The translations under genes and the position numbers were made by a program. Source: an uncultured Syntrophaceae bacterium (GTDB lineage: Bacteria > Desulfobacterota > Syntrophia > Syntrophales > PHBD01). From it: a stretch of DNA of 64,000 bases. Positions 47,991 through 57,516 of the stretch are shown here, piece by piece; the first letter of the stretch is position 1, and the number at the start of each line of letters is the position of its first letter. The stretch is from positions 15,266 to 79,265 of the forward strand of contig CAZLFA010000007.1 in assembly GCA_964558665.1 (NCBI GenBank), read 5' to 3'. The notes beneath the pieces are model-generated. The model worked only from the letters and a program-made list of their open reading frames with translations. It was not told where the DNA came from and did not search any database.

Positions 47991-48575
47991 TCAGAAGTCG
48001 TAGCGGATGCCTACTCCCAGGGCATTGGATGCCCCGTATATGTCATTGAAAAGGCCGAATACGCCGGATCGGTGATGGATGCGGAAGATCATGCTCCAAT
48101 TCTTCGTACCCGGAACCTCAAATGCAACTTCAACCAGGAGATAGTTTAAGAACTTGGCCGCCTTCCCATGCAGTTCCAATTCCAGTTCCGGGATCTCCGT
48201 AGCCAGTGAAAACCCCTCGCCGATAGCGAAACTGGTATCGAGATACTTGTCCCAGGGAAACTTAAGCCAGCGGGCTATAAAAACCCCGTTGAACTCGTAA
48301 TGGGTCTGCTTGCCGAAGTGCTTGACGGCCTGCCCCTCCACTTCGAAGTCCATATAATCACGCCATGAGGCGATTCTTTTACCGGCAGTAACGGCGAAAA
48401 AGTAGTAGTCGGTTGAAAATTTTGTCGGCAGGAATGCCCCCCAGATGTCCTCTTCCGTTTGCATTGCCCCGTACACGGTCATGAAGTAATTCTTCTCGGA
48501 TGCCTCTGCATCGACCGGCAACAGAAGAATAAATGATGCGATATAAAAGAAAAAGGAACTTTTGTATCGTTTCAT
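47991..48575 (-). CDS. Small outer-membrane beta-barrel protein, possibly PagL-like lipid A deacylase (acyloxyacyl hydrolase family)
   Basis: Signal peptide MKRYKSSFFFYIASFILLLPVDAEA, alternating-hydrophobic strands, C-terminal ...LGVGIRYDF (terminal Phe), and FRIHHRSG containing an H-x-S arrangement like the PagL catalytic HxS. Confidence 0.45.
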   Translation of the reverse strand: MKRYKSSFFFYIASFILLLPVDAEASEKNYFMTVYGAMQTEEDIWGAFLPTKFSTDYYFFAVTAGKRIASWRDYMDFEVEGQAVKHFGKQTHYEFNGVFIARWLKFPWDKYLDTSFAIGEGFSLATEIPELELELHGKAAKFLNYLLVEVAFEVPGTKNWSMIFRIHHRSGVFGLFNDIYGASNALGVGIRYDF

Positions 48576-48855
48576 GGGTTACCAGAAGGTTGAGAAAAAA
48601 TGGTTAATAACGGGAAATGAAATCTACATATCGAATAGGATGTCTCAAGTGAAAACCTGATGACTGATTATAAAAATTATTGAGAAAGAAGTCAAATGAT
48701 ATTGTTTTTAATGCCCGGTCGCGGCTTGATAAATTAAAAACCTTATGTTACTCCGTTTCCGTCCGGAAGCAAACAGTTTGAACTTCATTATATCAGGATA
48801 TTAAAATTACTTGGATAATTATTCAGAAAAGAAATAAGAACAGCTTTATTAATAC

Positions 48856-50439
48856 ATGAAAGTCGCCATTATTGCACCGCCATATCCTTTAGAAGAAGCG
48901 CCTGCACCTCCACTTGGCGTCACTTATGTCGCTGCCGCCTTCGAGGCTGCCGGGGCCGAAGTTCGCATTTTCGATTACATAGTCAGTCGCTATACCCCTG
49001 AAAAGCTGAAAAATCAAATTGACGAGTTCAGGCCTGACGCCATAGGCGCAACCTCCGTCACCATGAATTTCAATGTTGCCGCTGAGATCGTGCAGCAGGC
49101 AAAGGAGCATGATCCCTCCATTGTTACAATGATGGGCGGTCCGCATGTTTCTTTTGATGCCATGAACAGCATTATCAAATATCCCGGCATCGACATTATC
49201 GTCAGAGGCGAAGGGGAGGATACTATTGCCGAATTGACTCCTCTGCTTAAAAACAGCAGTGAGTGGGATAAGGTTCGCGGTATTGCTTTCCAGAGAGAAG
49301 GGGAGATAATTTTTACGGAGCCGCGCGGCCTGATTGAAAACCTGGACAGACTTCCGATGCCGGCCCGCCATCTCCTGCCGATGTCACGCTATCAGGCTCT
49401 GGGATTTCCCGTAAGCATAACGACCAGCCGCGGCTGTCCCTACATGTGCATCTTCTGCCAGGGAAGGCGGATGGTGGGCAGCAAGGTGCGCCTGAGAAGC
49501 CCCGACAGTGTCGTTGATGAGATCGAACATATTCTTTCATACGGCATCGACAGGATAAACGTGGCGGATGACCTGTTTACGGCGGACAGCGATAGAGTCA
49601 GTGCGATATGCGGAAAAATAAAGGAAAGAGGTTTGAAATTTTCCTGGAGCGCCTTCGCACGGGTGAATACAGTCGACCGCGAAACGCTGAAAATCATGCG
49701 CGACACAGGTTGTGACAGCGTAAGCTTTGGCGTGGAGTCAGGCAATCAGGAGATGCTAAAACGCATCAGGAAGGGGATCACCCTCGAAAGAGTCAGACAG
49801 GCGGTTGACCTCTGCAGGGAACTGGGCATAATCGCCCATACCTCATTCATCGTCGGTCTTCCCGGCGAGTCGCCGCTGACGCTGAGCGAGACGAAAAAAT
49901 TTGCCTCAAGCCTGGGTTCCCTTTACGGTTACCACTTCCTGGCGCCTTTCCCCGGGACGACAGTTCGGGAGGATGTTGAAGATTACGACCTGGAGATCCT
50001 GACGGATGATTGGGACCTCTATGATGCAAACCAGGCTATAGTGAGGACTTCAGAGCTGTCTCCCCGGCAGATGAACAGTTTTGTCAGGGAGTTTGAAGGT
50101 GAAATAGATAAGGAATGGCAGAGAATGATCCGCCGGTACAGGGAAGGCAAAGGTCGTCCGAAAGACGATATGCGGGTGGAAGGGCACTTTCGCATGAAAC
50201 TCGTATATAAAATGCTAGCCTGGGATCTGGTGGAAACGCTCGGGAAATTTCCCCTTGACGCCGTCGGCTATGAGACAGCCAACATGCTGTGCCTGCGCAT
50301 TGAGGACGAAACAGAGGCGGAACCCGTCCTGGTTCGCAAACTGATAGCGGAGTTCGTTCAAAAAGGATATATCAAATCCAGACTGGCAAACGAAAATCTG
50401 GTCTGGTACTGGACGCGCAACAACCGCCGGAATCTTTAA
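48856..50439 (+). CDS. B12-binding-domain radical SAM enzyme
   Basis: N-terminal cobalamin-binding-like Rossmann region (MKVAIIAPPYP...PLGVTYVAAAF) followed by TTSRGCPYMCIFCQG (CxxxCxxC); 527 aa. Confidence 0.85.
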   Translation: MKVAIIAPPYPLEEAPAPPLGVTYVAAAFEAAGAEVRIFDYIVSRYTPEKLKNQIDEFRPDAIGATSVTMNFNVAAEIVQQAKEHDPSIVTMMGGPHVSFDAMNSIIKYPGIDIIVRGEGEDTIAELTPLLKNSSEWDKVRGIAFQREGEIIFTEPRGLIENLDRLPMPARHLLPMSRYQALGFPVSITTSRGCPYMCIFCQGRRMVGSKVRLRSPDSVVDEIEHILSYGIDRINVADDLFTADSDRVSAICGKIKERGLKFSWSAFARVNTVDRETLKIMRDTGCDSVSFGVESGNQEMLKRIRKGITLERVRQAVDLCRELGIIAHTSFIVGLPGESPLTLSETKKFASSLGSLYGYHFLAPFPGTTVREDVEDYDLEILTDDWDLYDANQAIVRTSELSPRQMNSFVREFEGEIDKEWQRMIRRYREGKGRPKDDMRVEGHFRMKLVYKMLAWDLVETLGKFPLDAVGYETANMLCLRIEDETEAEPVLVRKLIAEFVQKGYIKSRLANENLVWYWTRNNRRNL

Positions 50440-50445
50440 CCGGAA

Positions 50446-51105
50446 CTAATACTCCTTCCATCTGCTCTTTGCCGTATCGGTAATGCCTGCGTTTTCACGC
50501 TTCAATATGCCCAGAGTTCCTGTCATGGGCAGCTCGGAAAAAAGGCCGGAGGAAACGGCCATTTCGTATATGCAGCGCGGCGCCTGTCCTCCCAGAGCCG
50601 GATCATAAAAAATGTCATGAATGACCAGATATCCTCCCGGCAGGATGTGGGGAGACCAGCAGCGGTAGTCATCAAAGGCGGCTTCGAAGGTGTGGCCGCC
50701 GTCGATGAAGACGAGGCTCAGCGGGGTGTTCCATGTACGGGCCACGGTTCGCGACCTGGAAACTATCGGCACAACGGTATCCTCAAGACCCAGATCGCCT
50801 ATTGTTTTCCTGAAAAATCTGAAGGTGTCGATCATACCGGAATTGTGATCGAGAAGATCAGGATCGAAGTAGGCCTGCCCGGGCTGTTGCTCCTCGGAAC
50901 CGCGGTGATGATCTATTGAGTAGAGGATGGTTCCGGACTGTCTGCAGCCCATTCCCAGGTAGGCAGCGGAACGGCCGCAATAGCTCCCGATTTCCAGGCA
51001 CGGGCCCATTTCCCCCGCTTCGCTTGCCAGCTCGTACAGGCGAAGCGCCTCCTTTTCGTCCATAAAACTCTTGAAAGCATAGTTTTTCAGGTGAGCGGGG
51101 TTCAT
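50446..51105 (-). CDS. Class I SAM-dependent methyltransferase (Methyltransf_24 / TylF-CmcI-like)
   Basis: LEIGSYCGRSAAYLG motif I and VFIDGGHTFEAAFDDY. The internal ATG (MNPAHLKNY...) at 51105 avoids the 77-nt overlap implied by the 51189 start. Confidence 0.75.
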   Translation of the reverse strand: MNPAHLKNYAFKSFMDEKEALRLYELASEAGEMGPCLEIGSYCGRSAAYLGMGCRQSGTILYSIDHHRGSEEQQPGQAYFDPDLLDHNSGMIDTFRFFRKTIGDLGLEDTVVPIVSRSRTVARTWNTPLSLVFIDGGHTFEAAFDDYRCWSPHILPGGYLVIHDIFYDPALGGQAPRCIYEMAVSSGLFSELPMTGTLGILKRENAGITDTAKSRWKEY

Positions 51106-51112
51106 GGCTTCT

Positions 51113-52735
51113 TCAATTCTCCGGTTTCCACGGCAGCGAATTGCGTATATGACCCGGTATTCTGCCGTATCGTCCTTCAAACTCTTCAAGGAAGTGTTCC
51201 CTTCCCCTGAGAAAGTCGCTTATAATCTCACGCAACTGAGCCTTGTCCGGAAAGAGACGGAATGCCGTCAGGTCTTGCGGATCGGACCTGCCGCATCTTA
51301 CCGGGTACCGGTAGCCCAGATGATCAGACTCGCTGCTGAAGGCTATCTCTGAGCGAAGAAGATCATGGTAAACGGCAAGAGATTGTTTGAGAGTCACCTT
51401 GCTGTTTGCCATACCGATGGTTCCTGTGTTTGCCAGATAGCAGCTGATCCGGTTGCGGCACAGGATTTCGTAAAAGATCATGGCGTGTTCGAGCCGGTTG
51501 CCCGAAAGAAACGGGTCCAGAAATATTTCCCTTTTGAACTTGCCGGCATCTTCCGGATTCCCGCCCGTGCTTTCGATGGATTCGCCGTATATGAACTGCA
51601 TGGCAGCCTGCTCGGGGGTCAGGGAACTTATTACATTGACCAGGGGATTTCTTGTCAGGATAATGATGTGGTCAAGTCTTTCGGCTCTCAATCCTTTGCT
51701 GGCCATCCTGAGATTGTTTCTCGTGATTATAGCGCGTCCGTTGCCGGTTTTTTGTATGTCATTGAAATCGGGAGCAAGCGAGTCTCCCTTAATTGCCACG
51801 TTTTCGAGGTAGGCGTCTTCAGCTTCCACCGCCCTGAGGATCTCCGGCTGAGTTTCATCCAGGCCTTCCGTCTTGACATACAGACCGCCCATTTCAAATG
51901 CCGCGTAACTGCCGTCAAATCCGACAGCGCCGCCGTCATCGCCTATCATCTCGGAAAACTCCCCCGGGTGTTCGGAAAGAGAACGGCACAGTGTAGTTGT
52001 CTTGCCGGTGGCCGTCAGGCCGGATACAGCGCTCACCACCTCACGGAATACATCTTTCTCTCCGGCCGGATCATGGAGCGACAGCGTGTCCCTCCTGGCG
52101 CCCGCGTGAAGGAACAGCCCTGTTTTGTCAATCGCCTTGACGCGCCAGTTCTCGAAATGAAATATGCCTTTTTTGCCTTCTCCCAGATACACAGTGTTGC
52201 GGCAGATTTTTACCTGCTCGCCCCTTTTGTGTCCCATCATCAGCCTGACGGTGATATCCTTGTCAAGAAGCTTCCGGCCTCTGTTTTGTGCGAACGCTTC
52301 ATCTGTAAAATATATGATGGTGTAGGTCGGCTTCCTGACAATACGCGGAGCGGGTTCATCGAAAAGAAGCTTCAGGCCGTAGGCTATGTGCGCGTGCTGT
52401 TTCGGGATGATGAAACGTGCGGAAATTCCTTCTTTGCCGTCGCCGACGATGGTATCCAGGGAAATGATCTTTTCCCTGCCCAGGTATTCAACGGCCTTGT
52501 CCGCCAGACGCTGTTCCTCAGGACCGAAAGGATTGTCCTCACTGTTTTTCGTGTGAGGGGCAGAGCGGTTCATGGGCTCGGAATCAGCAGCAATAGAACC
52601 GAATTTAGTATGTGCAACCTCTCTATTTTCCAGAGATAACTGTTTGAGCTCCTTCAGCGACAAGCCCTCGATGAGGCGATTTTCGCCTCCCGCCAGTTCA
52701 TATATTCTTTGTGCTGAAGTTTTGAAAAAATTCAT
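51113..52735 (-). CDS. pckA: Phosphoenolpyruvate carboxykinase (ATP), divergent
   Basis: YLGEGKKGIFHFENW...LFLHAGA (compare E. coli GGEMKKGMFSMMNY...MHCSA), kinase-1a GLTATGKTT, kinase-2 MIGDDG and YLENV/NGRAIITR segments. Confidence 0.75.
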   Translation of the reverse strand: MNFFKTSAQRIYELAGGENRLIEGLSLKELKQLSLENREVAHTKFGSIAADSEPMNRSAPHTKNSEDNPFGPEEQRLADKAVEYLGREKIISLDTIVGDGKEGISARFIIPKQHAHIAYGLKLLFDEPAPRIVRKPTYTIIYFTDEAFAQNRGRKLLDKDITVRLMMGHKRGEQVKICRNTVYLGEGKKGIFHFENWRVKAIDKTGLFLHAGARRDTLSLHDPAGEKDVFREVVSAVSGLTATGKTTTLCRSLSEHPGEFSEMIGDDGGAVGFDGSYAAFEMGGLYVKTEGLDETQPEILRAVEAEDAYLENVAIKGDSLAPDFNDIQKTGNGRAIITRNNLRMASKGLRAERLDHIIILTRNPLVNVISSLTPEQAAMQFIYGESIESTGGNPEDAGKFKREIFLDPFLSGNRLEHAMIFYEILCRNRISCYLANTGTIGMANSKVTLKQSLAVYHDLLRSEIAFSSESDHLGYRYPVRCGRSDPQDLTAFRLFPDKAQLREIISDFLRGREHFLEEFEGRYGRIPGHIRNSLPWKPEN

Positions 52736-52869
52736 CCCGACCTTTACGCCTTTTCGATGACTGTATAAAATCTTTCAATCACGGGTATTTAGATAAATCA
52801 TAGTTATAAATAAATTATGAAAAAACAAGGGGAATCTTTGCCAGTAAAGATTTTCAGAAAAATTTCCTC

Positions 52870-52924
52870 TTGATTATAACAATATGTAGTGGTATGTTGC
52901 ATCCCTACCCCAATATATTGGGTA
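52870..52924 (+). promoter_or_regulatory. nrdD promoter with two NrdR-box-like palindromes
   Basis: TTGATT (52870-75) -N17- TATGTT (52893-98). Box 1 core CAATATGTAG is at 52880-89. Box 2 is the perfect 14-bp palindrome cccaatatattggg at 52909-22. Centre-to-centre spacing is 31 bp. Confidence 0.65.
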
Positions 52925-52974
52925 GCATTTATTCATAACTTAAAGATTTATAATGGGAAAAAAGGGGGGAGTCT

Positions 52975-55071
52975 ATGCACGGGAAGGTCAGAAAGAGGGA
53001 CGGGCGCCTGGTCAAGTTCAATGCGGAAAAAATCACCAACGCCATTGCAAAGGCCGGCAATGCCACGCAGGAATTCGATTCCAAAGTGGCGAAGCGCCTT
53101 ACAATCAAGGTATTGAATCTTGCCGAAAAACTGTTTGACAGCAAGATCATGACCGTCGAGGAAATACAGGATATAGTGGAAGAAGTCCTCCTTGCCTCCA
53201 TATATAGGAAAACAGCGAGGTCATACATTATCTACCGGGAGCAGCATGCCAGATTAAGGGAAATAGCCAACAAGATGGAGGTGGATCTGGTTGATCAGTA
53301 CCTGAAGAAAAAAGACTGGAAAATAAATGAAAACAGCAACATGGACTATTCTCTGCAGGGACTGAACAACTATATCTCCTCGGAAGTGAGCAAGGTTTAC
53401 TGGCTGAACGAGATATACTCTCCGGATGTAAGGAAAGCCCACAGCGAAGGTGATTTCCATATCCACGATTTGAGTCTGCTGTCCGTATATTGCGTGGGCT
53501 GGGATCTTTATGACCTTCTCCTGGAAGGCTTCAAGGGAGTATCCGGAAAGGTGGAGAGCAGACCGGCCAACCACCTGCGCAGCGCCCTGGGGCAGATCGT
53601 AAATTTCTTTTACACATTGCAGGGCGAAGCCGCCGGCGCCCAGGCCTTTTCCAATTTCGACACCCTTCTTGCCCCCTTTATCCGTTATGACGGCATGAAG
53701 TATGGCGATGTCAAGCAGGCCCTTCAGGAATTCATTTTCAACGTCAACGTTCCGACGCGGGTCGGTTTTCAAACCCCCTTTACCAACGTAACCCTCGACG
53801 TAACAGTTCCCAAATACTATTCTGATCAGAATGTCATCATCGGTGGCAAGCCGCAAAAGGAGACCTACAAGGAATTCCAGGAAGAAATGAACATGTTCAA
53901 CAAGGCTTTCCTGCAGGTAATGGCTGATGGAGATGCCAAAGGTAGAGTCTTTACCTTCCCGATCCCCACCTACAGTGTTACGCGTGACTTCGACTGGGAT
54001 GACCCGAATCTCAATGGACTGTGGGAGATGACGGCCAAATACGGAGTTCCCTACTTTTCTAATTTTATCAACTCGGACATGAATCCGGAGGATGCACGCA
54101 GCATGTGCTGCCGGCTGCGCATTGACAATCGTGAGCTCGAAAAGAGGGGAGGGGGGCTTTTCGGATCCAATCCTCTGACAGGATCCATAGGCGTTATAAC
54201 GATCAATATGCCGAGGATCGGTTATCTCTCCAATACGGAAAAGGAGTTCAAGGAGCGTTTGGAGAGACTGATGATGGTTGCGCGTGAGAGTCTGGAAACA
54301 AAGCGCAAGGTGCTGGAGACTTTCACGGAAGGAAACCTCTATCCGTACACAAGATACTATCTGCGCAACGTCAAGAGCCGTTTCGATGAGTACTGGAAAA
54401 ATCATTTTTCGACGATCGGCCTTGTGGGAATGAATGAAGCGTGCAAGAACCTTCTGGGCAAGGATATCGGCAGCCCCGAGGGGCAGGCGTTTACGCAGGA
54501 GATTCTCGATTTCATGAGAAACATACTGATCGAGTTCCAGGAGGATACAGGCAACAACTACAACCTGGAATCTACACCGGCGGAGGGCACCTCATACCGG
54601 CTTGCCAGGATCGACAAGGAGAAGTTTCCCGATATCAAATGCGCCAACGATAACGGCTTCAAACGGGGAAAGGCGGAGCCGTTTTATACGAACTCAACAC
54701 AGTTGCCGGTCAATTATACAAACGATGTCTTCGAGGCGCTGGACCTTCAGGATGATATTCAGTCGAAATACACAGGAGGGACGGTCTTTCACACCTTCGC
54801 AGGGGAGCGCATACAAGATCCCTCGGCCGTGAAGAGTCTTGTCAGGAAGATATGCACGAATTACCGCCTGCCCTATCTGACGTTCACTCCCACTTTCAGC
54901 GTATGTCCTTCACACGGCTACATCGCAGGAGAAAAGGAAAACTGTCCGAAATGCAAGGAACCTTGCGAGATATATTCCCGTGTAGTGGGCTATCTGCGTC
55001 CGGTGAAGCAGTGGAATAAAGGCAAGCAGGCTGAATTCGGCCTGAGAAAAGTGTACGGATTCGGGCAATGA
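52975..55071 (+). CDS. nrdD: Anaerobic ribonucleoside-triphosphate reductase (class III)
   Basis: N-terminal ATP-cone (VRKRDGRLVKFNAEKI), C-terminal Zn ribbon CPSHG...CPKC and glycyl-radical motif YSRVVGYLRP; 698 aa. Confidence 0.95.
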   Translation: MHGKVRKRDGRLVKFNAEKITNAIAKAGNATQEFDSKVAKRLTIKVLNLAEKLFDSKIMTVEEIQDIVEEVLLASIYRKTARSYIIYREQHARLREIANKMEVDLVDQYLKKKDWKINENSNMDYSLQGLNNYISSEVSKVYWLNEIYSPDVRKAHSEGDFHIHDLSLLSVYCVGWDLYDLLLEGFKGVSGKVESRPANHLRSALGQIVNFFYTLQGEAAGAQAFSNFDTLLAPFIRYDGMKYGDVKQALQEFIFNVNVPTRVGFQTPFTNVTLDVTVPKYYSDQNVIIGGKPQKETYKEFQEEMNMFNKAFLQVMADGDAKGRVFTFPIPTYSVTRDFDWDDPNLNGLWEMTAKYGVPYFSNFINSDMNPEDARSMCCRLRIDNRELEKRGGGLFGSNPLTGSIGVITINMPRIGYLSNTEKEFKERLERLMMVARESLETKRKVLETFTEGNLYPYTRYYLRNVKSRFDEYWKNHFSTIGLVGMNEACKNLLGKDIGSPEGQAFTQEILDFMRNILIEFQEDTGNNYNLESTPAEGTSYRLARIDKEKFPDIKCANDNGFKRGKAEPFYTNSTQLPVNYTNDVFEALDLQDDIQSKYTGGTVFHTFAGERIQDPSAVKSLVRKICTNYRLPYLTFTPTFSVCPSHGYIAGEKENCPKCKEPCEIYSRVVGYLRPVKQWNKGKQAEFGLRKVYGFGQ

Positions 55072-55757
55072 AGATAGGGGGGCTGCAGAAGGTATCCCTG
55101 ATAGATTATCCGGGCCAGATCTGCGCCATCATCTTTCTTCAGGGATGCAATTTTCGTTGTCCGTATTGCCACAACCCGGAGCTTGTCGATCCGAAACGCT
55201 TCGAGCCTACAATCCCTGAAAAGGATTTGTTTGGATTTCTTGCCCACCGGCGGGGCAAGCTGGACGGCGTGTCGATAACCGGCGGCGAGCCGACCATCCA
55301 CAATGACCTTCCAGATTTAATCAAACGCATCAAGGATATGGGCTTTCTCGTTAAACTGGACACGAACGGCTCGTTCCCCGATGTATTGCAGGGCCTCATC
55401 GAAGAAAAACTTCTCGACTATGTGGCCATGGATATAAAAGGGCCCTTGAAAAAGTATGAGTCGATAACAGGGGTGCGAACAAAACCGGAAACGCTTTTAA
55501 GAAGCATCGGGATGATCATGGCATCCGGCATAGCGTATGAATTCCGGACAACAGCGGTCAAGCCCCTTCTCACCAGGAAAGATTTTCCCGCCATTGTGAA
55601 ATTGATTGAAAAAGCAAATCGTTATGTGATACAAAAATTTATACCCTCGAAAGCGCTGGATGAGTCCTTTTTCAATAAGCCGGTCTTTGACGATGAAGAG
55701 CTTCAGAAGGTAAAGAGCATCGTTGAGGGTAGTGTGTCTCAGATCGTCATCCGCTAG
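55068..55757 (+). CDS. nrdG: Anaerobic ribonucleotide reductase activating protein (radical SAM)
   Basis: GCNFRCPYCHNPEL cluster motif; 4-nt overlap with the nrdD stop. Confidence 0.9.
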   Translation: MKIGGLQKVSLIDYPGQICAIIFLQGCNFRCPYCHNPELVDPKRFEPTIPEKDLFGFLAHRRGKLDGVSITGGEPTIHNDLPDLIKRIKDMGFLVKLDTNGSFPDVLQGLIEEKLLDYVAMDIKGPLKKYESITGVRTKPETLLRSIGMIMASGIAYEFRTTAVKPLLTRKDFPAIVKLIEKANRYVIQKFIPSKALDESFFNKPVFDDEELQKVKSIVEGSVSQIVIR

Positions 55758-55778
55758 TTCAATAACAGAGATATCGTT

Positions 55779-57479
55779 ATGGGTACTTCCAAAGCGCGAA
55801 AGGAAAGGCGGGGTAATAAGGTCGACCGCAGGCAAAGCCACCGCTTTACCGAAAATCACCATGTCAACACGCTGCTCAACAAACTGGTTTATGACGTGCA
55901 GGAGTTTACAGAACTGCAGATGGATCATAACCGCCGGCTGACGCAGATCGGCGTTGCGCTTTCCGCTGAAAAAAACCTCGAACGCCTCTTTGAAATGATC
56001 ATAGAAGAAGCAATGAATTTTACAAATGCCGACGGAGGCACGCTCTATCTGAAATCGGATGATGAGGAAAAACTCGTTTTTACAATCGTGCGGAATGAAA
56101 CGCTGAACGTCAGGATGGGAGGAACCGGAGGAAAGATCACCTGGCCTCCGGTGGAACTGCTTGCTGATGACGGCACCCCGAATTATGCCAATGTCTCTGC
56201 GTATGCGGCGCTTTCAGGTTCGGTGGTAAATATTCCCGATGTATATGACGCCGAAGGGTTCAACTTTGAAGGGACGAAAAAATTTGACGCCACCACCGGA
56301 TACCGCTCAAGGTCAATGCTTGTTGTTCCCATGCGCAATCATGAAAACGACATAATCGGAGTCCTTCAGCTTCTGAATGCCCGTGATCAGGCCACAAATG
56401 AAGCCGTGAACTTTTCCTGTGAGTACCAGATGATGACGGAATCACTGGCGTCGCAGGCGGCGGTCGCCCTGACCAATAATCGTCTCATAGCCGAGCTCCA
56501 GAATCTTCTCGAATCTTTCATCAAAACCATCGCCTCCGCCATTGACGAAAAATCGCCTTATACGGGAGGTCACATAAGAAGGGTTGCCGATCTTACCGTC
56601 ACCGTCGCCGGCAAGATAAACGAGTCCGGTGAAGGTCCTTTTGCCGCGGTCCGTTTCAGCGATGATGAATTGAGAGAGCTGAGGATGGCCGCCTGGCTCC
56701 ACGATGTCGGCAAGATTGTCACGCCGGAGTATGTTGTGGACAAGGCGACAAAACTGGAAACCATATTTGACAGAATTGAGATCCTCAAGACCCGCTTCGA
56801 AGTGATAAGGCGCGACTATCTTCTGGAGAGAGTGAAAAGAGGAAGCAATGAGGCTCTGAGTGAAAACACCGGCATCGATATTGAAGATGATAAATTTCTG
56901 GATAAACTGGAGGATGATTATAACTTTCTGGTTCAGGCAAACGTCGGCGGTGAATTCATGTCGGATGATAAAATTGAGCGCCTGAAAATAATCGCCCAGC
57001 GGCATTTCAAGAGCGATGGGAAAACGCAGCCGCTTTTGTCCGAGGACGAGGTCAGTAATTTAAGCATTCGCCGCGGGACATTAACCGATGCGGAAAGAGA
57101 AATTATCAACAACCATGCGATGGTAACCATGAAGATGCTGTCCCAGCTTCCCTTCCCGAAAAAGCTGAAAAACGTTCCCATCTATGCCGCCACTCATCAT
57201 GAAAAGCTTGACGGATCAGGATATCCGTGGGGATGGAAGGCAGACCAGCTTTCCCTTCAGTCGCGCATCCTGGCGCTGGCAGATGTATTCGAGGCGCTGA
57301 CAGCCAGAGACCGGCCATACAAGAAAGGCAAGACCCTTTCCGAAGTGATGAAGATCATGGGATTCATGGTGAAGGACAGGCATATTGACGCCGATCTTTT
57401 CGACCTGTTTGTTAAGGAGCGCATTCATATAGACTATGCAAGACAGGAGTTGCCGGAACGGCAGGTGGACATAGAGTAA
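55779..57479 (+). CDS. GAF-domain HD-GYP phosphodiesterase (c-di-GMP hydrolase family)
   Basis: GAF-like N-terminal half (FTNADGGTLYL...SMLVVPMRN...IIGVLQLLN), then WLHDVGKI ... HHEKLDGSGYPWG with a long segment of about 160 aa between the HD and GYP motifs. Confidence 0.85.
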   Translation: MGTSKARKERRGNKVDRRQSHRFTENHHVNTLLNKLVYDVQEFTELQMDHNRRLTQIGVALSAEKNLERLFEMIIEEAMNFTNADGGTLYLKSDDEEKLVFTIVRNETLNVRMGGTGGKITWPPVELLADDGTPNYANVSAYAALSGSVVNIPDVYDAEGFNFEGTKKFDATTGYRSRSMLVVPMRNHENDIIGVLQLLNARDQATNEAVNFSCEYQMMTESLASQAAVALTNNRLIAELQNLLESFIKTIASAIDEKSPYTGGHIRRVADLTVTVAGKINESGEGPFAAVRFSDDELRELRMAAWLHDVGKIVTPEYVVDKATKLETIFDRIEILKTRFEVIRRDYLLERVKRGSNEALSENTGIDIEDDKFLDKLEDDYNFLVQANVGGEFMSDDKIERLKIIAQRHFKSDGKTQPLLSEDEVSNLSIRRGTLTDAEREIINNHAMVTMKMLSQLPFPKKLKNVPIYAATHHEKLDGSGYPWGWKADQLSLQSRILALADVFEALTARDRPYKKGKTLSEVMKIMGFMVKDRHIDADLFDLFVKERIHIDYARQELPERQVDIE

Positions 57480-57516
57480 ATCCGGTTCTATTAATAAAAG
57501 GAGTGATACGAACGAT

